A DNA stretch of 63,020 nucleotides, the filler included, from Octopus bimaculoides (Eukaryota): NCBI RefSeq assembly GCF_001194135.2. It is 5 parts of 5 records of this genome, joined end to end, with 100 filler letters (N's around TTAATTAATTAA, not from the genome) between each part and the next. Parts side by side here need not be neighbours in the genome. Positions count along the whole stretch, not along the records: positions 44,831 to 55,054 come from NC_068990.1; positions 55,155 to 59,994 come from NC_068985.1; positions 60,095 to 63,020 come from NC_068983.1; 2 more parts are not named here. One strand, written 5' to 3'. The translations under genes were made by a program, and so were the position numbers. The notes beneath the pieces were generated by a model. The model saw only the letters and a list, made by a program, of their open reading frames with translations. It did not search any database and was not told the origin of the DNA. Below, one piece after another: positions 53,275-63,020 of this stretch; position 1 is the stretch's first letter; the number at the start of each line of letters is the position of its first letter.

Positions 53275-53704
53275 TTGTGGTATATATAAAGTTGATAAGT
53301 GAGAAAGTAGTAAAATATATATAAAGTTTATATATTTCAATGTGATTTTCAATACATGCTTCATATGTCATGTATTTAGTGAAATAATAATTATAATATA
53401 CATATGTGTGTGAGAGTGTGCGTGCATGTGAGTGTCTGTGTGTGCGTGTGTGTGTGTGTGTAATATATAGTATGTAACATATATATATATATATAATTTA
53501 TACATAATATCTATATAATATCTATCTATCTATCTATNNNNNNNNNNNNNNNNNNNNNNNNNNNNNNNNNNNNNNNNNNNNNNNNNNNNNNNNNNNNNNN
53601 NNNNNNNNNNNNNNNNNNNNNNNNNNNNNNNNNNNNNNNNNNNNNNNNNNNNNNNNNNNNNNNNNNNNNNNNNNNNNNNNNNNNNNNNNNNNNNNNNNNN
53701 NNNN

Positions 53705-53741
<37 letters not shown>

Positions 53742-53783
53742 TCTATATATATAATATATAACATATATCTGTGCATGTGTGTA

Positions 53784-53821
<38 letters not shown>

Positions 53822-54229
53822 CATATACGCGTGCCCGTGTGCATGTGTGCGCATGTGTGTACGCGCACGCGTGTGAGTATACGGCTAGAGATGGCGATAA
53901 AGAGATTGGTACATACACATAGATAAAGACACACCTATACCCATGAATATTTATGAGTATGTATGTGTGTATGTGAATGCGTATGCATGTATATATATAT
54001 TAATAGTTTATGTATTTAGATAATTTAAAGCAATTTAATCTTAAATGAATGGTGTGTTTAAATAACAATTTTAAACTTTTTAGTTTAATTTTTATATTGC
54101 AATAACTTACAAAACTGAAATACGCGAGTGTTGCTTGTCAATAAATTCTCTATTCTATTATACATTCCAAAACTGTGTTGATTACAATTCAGGTAACCGA
54201 GGAAAACATTTCATCAATATAGCAAAAAT

Positions 54230-54625
54230 GAGGTTGGCATCAATTTAATATCCACCCAAGACTTGGCTCCCGTGCTATCCGCCCACTACAAACATCGAAC
54301 TCAAGACTCATAACAACATTACGACACAACTACTTCACCAAAACCGGTCCAGCTCTCTTTAATATTATACCAAAATATACTAAAATGGAAACAGATCCCA
54401 TAAAATTCAAAATGTCTCTCGAAAAATTTCTCAAAAACATCCCGAACCAACCTCCTACACCCGGATATGTATGCCTAAAATAATAACTCTTTCCTAGAGT
54501 GGGCCATGGTGTCTCACATATGACTGGGGTATGAATCACGATATAAAAGACTTCACCAATTAGTGCTATTAATTTAGACATTGCCTGGGCTTATACTGGT
54601 CGAAACCTATCTAAGTTATCTAAGT
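54230..54625 (+). mobile_element. 3' end of a CR1/L2-group LINE
   Basis: HPRLGSRAIRP..LRHNYFTKTGPALFNIIPK..FKMSLEKFLKNIPNQPPTPGY.. matches the GP.LFN.LP..FK..LD.FL..IPDQP..PGY C-terminal pattern. The 3' end has a short (ATCTAAGTT)2 repeat. Confidence 0.78.
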
Positions 54626-54796
54626 TGCCATACCGTCCAAAATCTTGTGGAATACGAGCGAACAGCAGACCTACCGGTGCATATCACGTCATTATCAACT
54701 CGCTTACATTCGGTACTTATTTAGCAGAAACCATTCCTCATGACAAAATCAGAAACCGTTGCTCGTGACGAAATCGTTTCGTTATAAACAGCCATG

Positions 54797-54960
54797 TATG
54801 AAGGTTTACTATAAAGTTCCTGGCTTTGAGTAAAAGAAAACAGAGGGAATCACATATTTATGATTTAATTCAACATAATCCTCTCTCAGATTCATATAAT
54901 CATTGCAGTGGCCCTTCAGTTTTTCTAGGTGCTGTAAGACAACTCGGAAGGTGGGCTTAT
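54797..54960 (-). mobile_element. Mariner 3' end fragment with TIR
   Basis: TATGAAGGTTTACTATAAAGTTCCTGGCTTT TIR-like end; minus strand LQHLEKLKGHCNDYMNLREDYVELN resembles KLEKRWNKCI.LKGDYVE. Confidence 0.55.
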
Positions 54961-54998
54961 TCAACTTGTTGGGGTTCGACTGTAACAGCTCTTTCTCA

Positions 54999-55054
<56 letters not shown>

Positions 55055-55154
55055 NNNNNNNNNNNNNNNNNNNNNNNNNNNNNNNNNNNNNNNNNNNNTT
55101 AATTAATTAANNNNNNNNNNNNNNNNNNNNNNNNNNNNNNNNNNNNNNNNNNNN
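55055..55154. other. Artificial 100-bp assembly spacer
   Basis: N44-TTAATTAATTAA-N44. Confidence 0.93.
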
Positions 55155-55266
55155 TATATATATATACATATTTATATATGTATTTATGTATTCGTGTATA
55201 TATATATACACATATATATTTATACATGTATATATACACACACACCTACACACCTATATATATATA

Positions 55267-55311
<45 letters not shown>

Positions 55312-56081
55312 AACAATGATATACAAATATATAAATTTTGAGAATGTGCCAGTATGTTGTTAGTGTTTTTCTTGCTTTCTTTATTTCCTTTTGCATATGA
55401 AATTTTCTATAATATATTTTAACATATTTGTGAGTTGTCTGTGTCTATCACAATATATATTTGTATACTTACACACACACACACATATATATATATACAT
55501 AGATTTGTTTATTTATTTATTTGATGTCTTTATAAAATACCTTTCCCCCACCCCCACCCCACTCTAGAGACCACTCGAATAAAAACCGATATTCACTTTC
55601 TGCCAATCCTGCGAAACACACACATTAAGAATGTCTTAAGACGCTACACTACCGCAAAATGATAAATAGAAAAATAAAAGAAGAAAAAAAAGAAATTGAT
55701 TTGTTTTATTATGAAAGTTATGATATTTTTTTCATTTATTCAATTATATATTTATTTCATTTTATAATCATTCAATTTATTTATTTTATTTTATTTCATT
55801 TTATATATTTAATTTTAGAAATAATTTTATTTATTTAGTTTTTTTTTGTTTTTTTTTTTTTGTCTGTTCCTCACCAATTATACAAGCACCTATTTTATGG
55901 TGCCTTTTAAACGACATATTTTTGTATGTGCTGCGTGTAGTTTCGATTTGCTTTTCATTTCATTTCATTCTTTTAATTGCTTGCTCTCTCTTTCTATCCC
56001 CTCTCTCTCTCTCTCTCTCTCTCTTTCTTGCTCCCTTTCTATCTATCTCCCGCTCTCTCTTTCTCGTTCTGTGTCTGTCTG

Positions 56082-56127
<46 letters not shown>

Positions 56128-56298
56128 ATCTATCTATCTATCTATTAATCTATCTATTTATCTATCTATCTATTTATCCATCTGTTTCTCTATCTCATTT
56201 ATCTCTTTTATCTCTTTTATCTCTCTCTCTCTCTTTCTCACTTTCTCTGAACATTACTACTACTACAACTATTACAACTACTGCTGCTGTTGCTAGTG

Positions 56299-56338
<40 letters not shown>

Positions 56339-57289
56339 AAGTGGGTGGTGATGATTGTGGCGGTGCTGGTCGTCGTGGTCGTCGTCATCGTGCCGGTGGT
56401 GGTTTCTGCTGGTGCTACTGATGCTGGTAGTGTTGCTGGTAGTGCTGGTGGGTGGCAGCTGTGGCGTTGGTGGTGGTAGTGGTGGTGGTGGCGGTGTTGG
56501 TGGTTGTCGTCGTCGTCGTGCTGGCNNNNNNNNNNNNNNNNNNNNNNNNNNNNNNNNNNNNNNNNNNNNNGTGGTGGTGGTGGTGGTGGTGGTGGTGGTG
56601 GTGGTGGTGGGGATGATTATCATGATGAGGGGGAAGATGTGGAGGATACCAATAATGATGTTGATGATGGTTATGACGTCGACGACGACGGCCAAGACCA
56701 CGACACAGTTGTCGCCATCATTTCTACCTCTTCCGCCCAAATATATTTAATCATTGTCATAAATATTTCTTTGCAACGGTATCGCAAATTTAAGATCAAG
56801 TGAAGAGAAAGACTTTCTAACATTCATACAGTGTGCAGATGTTGTTGTGGTGGTGGTGGTTGTTGTTGTGGCTGTGGTTGTTGTGGTTGTGGTTGTTGTT
56901 GTTGTTGTTGTTGTTGTGGTTGTAGTTTTTTTTAAAGACCACTTAAGGCATTAGTGAAATGAAACGGCTTTAAACAAGAACCGAAACCATTTTTGTGTCC
57001 GTCGGCATTGCGTGCCTTGAAATCGCTTCTTACCTTAAATACAACACCCCTACTTGGATATGTGCACATACATAGATACACACAAAGATTGATCAAGCCA
57101 ACGAGAGATCTTTTACATGGTCACTCGACCTGCTAGAAATGGCAACATATTACATATTCTCTGTGAGGCTATAGTAAAAGACATTTGCCCAAAGTGAGTG
57201 ACGTGAAACCGAAGCCAAAACCATGTGACTGAATTTCCGAACTATTTATATACCTCTTGCAAGCGCCTTCTGTTTTTTTGCATTTTCCT

Positions 57290-57516
57290 TTCTTTCTTAT
57301 TTACTCTTGTACATGTTTCAGTCATTTGACTGCGGCCATGCTGGGGAACCGCCTTTAGTCGAGCAAATCGACCCCAGGACTTATTCTTCATAAGCCTAGT
57401 ACTTATTATATCGGTCATTTTTGCCGAACCGCTAAGTTACGGGGACATAAACACACCAGCATCGGTTGTAAAGCGATGTTGGGGAGACAAACACAGACAC
57501 ACAAACATATACACGC

Positions 57517-57559
<43 letters not shown>

Positions 57560-57724
57560 TACGACGGGCTTCTTTCAGTTTCCAGCTACCAAATCCACTC
57601 ACAAGACTTTGGTCGGCCCGAGGCTATAGTAGAAGACACTTGCCCAAGGTGCCACGCAATGAGATTGAACCCGGAACCATGTGGCTGGTAAGCAAGCTAC
57701 TTACCACATAGCCGCTCCTGCGCC
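57290..57724 (-). mobile_element. SINE family 1, full-length copy
   Basis: Minus strand: tRNA-like head GGCGCAGGAGCGGCTATGTGGTAAG..GGTTCCGGGTTCA, CORE-like GGCACCTTGGGCAAGTGTCTT, central (TA/TG)n, and a LINE-like tail ending GACTGAAACA.GTA.AAGAG. Confidence 0.88.
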
Positions 57725-58262
57725 TAATATTTATTTATTATTAGTATTTTGCTTTTTAGCATTGTCTCATTTTTGCTCTACTACAATAACATTATACCTG
57801 CATTGGCTTCATGTCATTGTGTATGTGTAAAATACAGTCCGTCTGACAGATTTTTGCATAGGGGGATTTTATTTAGCGGAAGTGAGATGGGGAGTAGCAC
57901 ATTCAAACATTTAACGTACTTTTCGCAAAACGAGGTTTTTTTAGTTGTACGTTTGTTCGTTTTTAGCATGCATTTCCCGTTTTTAATTAATACGCATATA
58001 TATATATATATGTGTGTGTGTGCATGTGTGTGTGCATGTATGTATAAAGATGCATGCGTGATAGTTTGTGTATATGTGTGTGCGCGTGTGCACACACGAT
58101 ACATTTTTTTCTCATCCCATGTAGTTACTTAAGATGTTTCTGAATTCCATTATCTTAAGTGTAGTTAGAAGTGTATTAATGGCTCATTGAAGGAGATTCT
58201 GGCATACGCAAAAGCAAACACGCACACACACACCACGAAGCAGAAGTATATATGTATGTATG

Positions 58263-58293
<31 letters not shown>

Positions 58294-58335
58294 ATGTGTG
58301 TGTGTGTGTTACATATGTATTAATGAATATATGTA

Positions 58336-58366
<31 letters not shown>

Positions 58367-59273
58367 NNNNNNNNNNNNNNNNNNNNNNNNNNNNNNNNNN
58401 NNNNNNNNNNNNNNNNNNNNNNNNNNNNNNNNNNNNNNNNNNNNNNNNNNNNNNNNNNNNNNNNNNNNNNNNNNNNNNNNNNNNNNNNNNNNNNNNNNNN
58501 NNNNNNNNNNNNNNNNNNNNNNNNNNNNNNNNNNNNNNNNNNNNNNNNNNNNNNNNNNNNNNNNNNNNNNNNNNNNNNNNNNNNNNNNNNNNNNNNNNNN
58601 NNNNNNNNNNNNNNNNNNNNNNNNNNNNNNNNNNNNNNNNNNNNNNNNNNNNNNNNNNNNNNNNNNNNNNNNNNNNNNNNNNNNNNNNNNNNNNNNNNNN
58701 NNNNNNNNNNNNNNNNNNNNNNNNNNNNNNNNNNNNNNNNNNNNNNNNNNNNNNNNNNNNNNNNNNNNNNNNNNNNNNNNNNNNNNNNNNNNNNNNNNNN
58801 NNNNNNNNNNNNNNNNNNNNNNNNNNNNNNNNNNNNNNNNNNNNNNNNNNNNNNNNNNNNNNNNNNNNNNNNNNNNNNNNNNNNNNNNNNNNNNNNNNNN
58901 NNNNNNNNNNNNNNNNNNNNNNNNNNNNNNNNNNNNNNNNNNNNNNNNNNNNNNNNNNNNNNNNNNNNNNNNNNNNNNNNNNNNNNNNNNNNNNNNNNNN
59001 NNNNNNNNNNNNNNNNNNNNNNNNNNNNNNNNNNNNNNNNNNNNNNNNNNNNNNNNNNNNNNNNNNNNNNNNNNNNNNNNNNNNNNNNNNNNNNNNNNNN
59101 NNNNNNNNNNNNNNNNNNNNNNNNNNNNNNNNNNNNNNNNNNNNNNNNNNNNNNNNNNNNNNNNNNNNNNNNNNNNNNNNNNNNNNNNNNNNNNNNNNNN
59201 NNNNNNNNNNNNNNNNNNNNNNNNNNNNNNNNNNNNNNNNNNNNNNNNNNNNNNNNNNNNNNNNNNNNNNNNA

Positions 59274-59454
59274 ATTGCACTACTGGGCACTGCACACATC
59301 CTACGCAAAACACTTTTAATACAGTAACCATAAGAGCATCACAGCAAACCACAGCACATACCCAAGGAACACAGAGCTGCGCTCGATAGTGAAGTGAAAG
59401 CACGTTATAAAAATAAAACTACTGAACAATAACAATACTAATAATACTAATAAA

Positions 59455-59517
<63 letters not shown>
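59274..59517 (+). mobile_element. Extreme 3' end of a second R4/Dong-type family plus (AAT)n
   Basis: IALLGTAHILRKTLLIQ* (compare IVLMGTVHILRKIL at about 32230), 3' UTR, then an AAT run at about 59428-59517. Confidence 0.7.
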
Positions 59518-59518
<1 letters not shown>

Positions 59519-59565
59519 TCGAAAAACACCTTAGGAATGAAAACCCAGGTTCGAAATTTCCCCAA

Positions 59566-59611
59566 GACACCTGATGAAGGCTGGAGAGTATATCAGCCGA
59601 AACGTTGTGTT
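59566..59611 (+). ncRNA. Minimal type I hammerhead motif, family C (within repeat 59518-59620)
   Basis: GACAC-CUGAUGA-A-GGCUG(10-nt loop)CAGCC-GAA-ACGU-U-GUGUU. Loopless palindromic stem III, GUU triplet. Confidence 0.65.
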
Positions 59612-59819
59612 AATAATAAAAATACCAATTGTCCGAACTGAAATATATATTGATATTTTAGAGATATAAAAATATATAGAAATATAAAAATATATGAATA
59701 CTAAAAAATATTCATGGGCATATAGGTATATAGATATATAAACATGCTAATAATAGAATTTAAATAAAAAAGACGTTTTTAACTATACACACACACACAC
59801 ACATATACATATATATATT

Positions 59820-59955
59820 AGGCGTGGTAACAATCTTGCTTCTCAACTACATGGTTCCGGGTTCAGTCGCAACGCATACCTTCTACTATAGCCATGAGCT
59901 GACCAGAGCTTTGTGAGTCGATTTGGTAGACGGAAACTCAAAGAAGGCTGTCGTG
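59820..59955 (+). mobile_element. SINE family 1, head with an internal deletion
   Basis: ACATGGTTCCGGGTTCAGTC..TTCTACTATAGCC..GATTTGGTAGACGGAAACT.AAAGAAG. Confidence 0.75.
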
Positions 59956-59961
59956 TATATC

Positions 59962-59994
<33 letters not shown>

Positions 59995-60094
59995 NNNNNN
60001 NNNNNNNNNNNNNNNNNNNNNNNNNNNNNNNNNNNNNNTTAATTAATTAANNNNNNNNNNNNNNNNNNNNNNNNNNNNNNNNNNNNNNNNNNNN
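59995..60094. other. Artificial 100-bp assembly spacer
   Basis: N44-TTAATTAATTAA-N44. Confidence 0.93.
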
Positions 60095-60675
60095 GAAGAG
60101 CTGTATTTATCGTACTTGTGGCTATGGCGAAAGAATGCATCTGGTGGACGCGTCTGAAAGGATTAGAGACAAATGCTTTCCTCTCTGGTCAATCTCTCAT
60201 CAACTTTTTCAAGTATCACTTGAAAAGGAAGGTGAGAGTAGAGAGGCAAGTGTTGTCTCGCAAATGTTTCGAAAAAAGATGGATACATGTAGCAAGAACG
60301 GCACGTATAAATAAGGAAGCCACCTTGACCATGATTCTATAAAACGTTTTAAAATTTTGTAAACAGAGATTTACTTACGTTTCTTGCATAAATAAAAGGA
60401 ATTTTACTTAACAAACTGTGACACTAAGGACCGAGGTAACCGTGGTCTTTTCGTAGGTTTTTCTTTCCACGGATAACCTCCCCATTTATTGGGAATTTTC
60501 TGTATTATTTCGTATTTTGTGTAAATACCCCAAACGTTTTGCGATGTATTTTTTTTCATCGTTGTCCCCACTTTTGTTTTTTTTCTGCTTTGTTTTCGCC
60601 CCCCTCGAAAAGAAAAACTCTACACTTGTATTTTGTCCCCTCTACGTTGAGCCCTGTGTGGCTAATAAAGAAACA
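60095..60675 (+). mobile_element. 3' end of a Tx1/L1-clade LINE (ORF2 C-terminus, 3' UTR, (TATC)n tail)
   Basis: RAVFIVLVAMAKECIWWTRLKGL..LINFFKYHLKRKVRVERQVL..CFEKRW resembles the Tx1 ORF2 end (AK..IW.TR…F…….E….F..RW). Sibling at 26249-26500. Confidence 0.65.
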
Positions 60676-61574
60676 TATCTATCTATCTATCTAACTATCT
60701 GTCTGTCTGTCTTTCTATCTATCTATAAATGTATAAGAATTGCAGTATGCGACCAGCTATATACACAGATCGTAAGAAAATAGTCAGTGACCTATTATAT
60801 AGCAAGTCATTGTTTAAAGAGAATGCCGCGTCTTGTGGATTGATACATAACAACTCAGTGACGTGACATGAAGTGGTTGAATTTCCAGCCGTTAGCTCAA
60901 TAATATTACTTGTCATAGGATAATTCATATAAGAGACGCAACTGGAAAATTATTTAATGGTTCCAGTGAGACAGTTCACATTCTGACATTGATATTACGG
61001 TGTTAGCTCCTACTCCAAGCATCTTTTAGCTTTTAGATTTTACTCGTTTCAATCACTGGCCCGCAGTCATGCTGAGGCGCCGCTTCGAAGTGATTAGTCG
61101 AGCAATTTGACCCTAGTCCTGTTTTTAGATTGTTACGTATTTTATAGTTCCCTGAAGTCTAAAGAAACCAAAGCGAGTCGGGAGACAAACACAAGGCAGA
61201 CATAGAGTCACATGGACACAGACACACGCGCACACACGTACATACATAGATGATGGTCTTCCGTCAACCAATTCACTAATAAGGCATTGATCGGCCCTGG
61301 CAATCTTATCAGAGATTTGCTTTAATGATTTTCGAGTAATTTTTGTACATTCTTCAAATTTAATGGTTTATTCTTGTTATTCTTGCAATCATTTCTTTAC
61401 ATAAGTGTATTTTAACTGTTTTTTCCCAACAGTTCTTATCGTATACCCCAAATTTAGATTTTATCCAGGAGAGTCTTCATCAACATCGTTGAAGTCATGA
61501 TAATCTTGTATATTCCCGAGTATTATAAGTTACTAATCTCTTTGGATTTGGTAGATTTCTGAATCTGACGCTCA

Positions 61575-62190
61575 GTTCATCTGAGCAATGCTGGCGGTAT
61601 GTTATCCACATTCTACAAATGAAGTAACGCTCACAACGGTGCAGGAGATAATACAGTTTCAATGATTTAAAATGATCCCAGTAAACAAAATAAGATTGCC
61701 TTTTATTTTTTCACTGATTGCCGTCTATGGTGACTTAATTCTCATAGGTTTTTTTGATCTGAGGAGACCGTAGGGGGGCAGCAATATTTTAGGTGCAGTC
61801 GTATAAGGAGGAAGAAAATTGGAACGAAAGGATCCACGAGCTTATTCTGCGAGCCACATCGACTTATTGTTGATTTGAGCAATCCAGACGAGGTTGTTGG
61901 CAAGAATTACTCCTAAGTCCTTGATATTACTGAATATTGTGTGTAGTTCCTTGGAAGGAAGTGAAAATGGTTGTTTGAGCGCATTATCTTTCCAAAGTGC
62001 ATGATTTCAAACTTACACTCATTTAACCGCATGTTGTTTTTGGTCCATCCATTGGTTTACAGCATGTAGATCAGACTGGCGTTCAGTTCAGTCTTCTTCT
62101 CCAGTGATAATTTTCAGGGCCTGGAGTATCCGCGAATATTTTTACCTTGCAGCGTTTGATGATGTTTGAGATGTCGTTTATATAGATTTG
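61575..62190 (-). mobile_element. Decayed CR1/L2-group reverse transcriptase fragment
   Basis: YINDISNIIKRCKVKIFAD; QSDLHAVNQWMDQNNMRLNECKFEIMHFGK; KDLGVILANNLVW..INNK..ARRISSWIL; YWDHFKSLKLYYLLHRCERYF. Confidence 0.85.
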
Positions 62191-63020
62191 ATTTTATATT
62201 GCAATTCAGATTATGCTATGGAGAACTCAATGACCTCATTTTATATCAAGAATTCATTGATCTCCTTGTTTTATCATGCATATATTCAGTTCTGGAAAAT
62301 ATATATATATATATTCTTTTGATGTATTTTCAGATATCCATCCGAATATCTACTGGTACTCAAATACTTCTCCTTGTAATCTACTACCTCCCATGCACCA
62401 GTTTGTATACAAACAACAAACAAATTCCTTTATACGTGTAATATTTCAATATATATGTACTCTCTTAGTAGTTCCTGTTTTCAAAATCTAGTTGATTATA
62501 AGCTATCTGCTGTTACATTTGATGCAATAACATCAATTGCCTCTATTATACATTTTCATTTGATCTTAGTTTCAAGTACTCACTTCACTCACCAGCTGCA
62601 CTTTATATTGGCATATGCTTCTATCATTTTCATGTTGGGTTTTGATTGCATATGAAAATGCGAGTAATGTTCAATATATTGAGATTCTTCGATATTCGCG
62701 ACCATTTCATATGGTCTTTTTTCCATGATTATCATATGTGATTTCACTTTTTTTGCTATTTTTCATATACTGCTTGGAGACTTCATTGAGTTAACAGCAT
62801 TATCATATTATTATTTTTTTTTTTTTCTTACCGATTCGATACTATTTTAGATGCAACATATATTTTCCCCATATTAGCCATATTGACAAAACGGTTTATT
62901 GTTTTGCCTTTTAAGCTTATAACGGGTATTATTAATAATCATTGATGCCTCAAGTACTGAAATCTTTTGTGAAGAGAACGACGAAATTGAAAGCATCATC
63001 AAGATTATGATCGAAAATAT

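Noticed and set aside
62590-62735. Minus-strand KSHMIIMEKRPYE, reminiscent of a C2H2 zinc-finger linker
   Set aside because: No Cys/His pattern; the resemblance is superficial.

Overview
This window is AT-rich, microsatellite-saturated animal genomic DNA from a gapped short-read assembly. About 7.5 kb is N, including four artificial N44-TTAATTAATTAA-N44 spacers. The repeat families look like octopus/coleoid cephalopod ones, which is inference from recalled SINE sequences rather than a database search. I can support no intact host protein-coding exon, and nearly all ORFs in the track are translations of microsatellites or gaps. The window is an intergenic or intronic transposon graveyard. It holds a TIR- and 8-bp-TSD-bounded hAT element (22300-24835) and mariner and DD37D/maT fragments. 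It also holds R4/Dong-type, Tx1/L1-type and CR1/L2-type LINE ends and three SINE families. The most striking unexplained signal is a set of eight type I hammerhead-ribozyme motifs from four unrelated sequence families. Four have an intact catalytic core and only one or two local helix defects (13336-13400, 19651-19712, 31818-31891, 59566-59611). One family shows compensatory base-pair changes between its two copies. A SINE 3' tail also matches the 3' end of the Tx1/L1-like LINE in the window.
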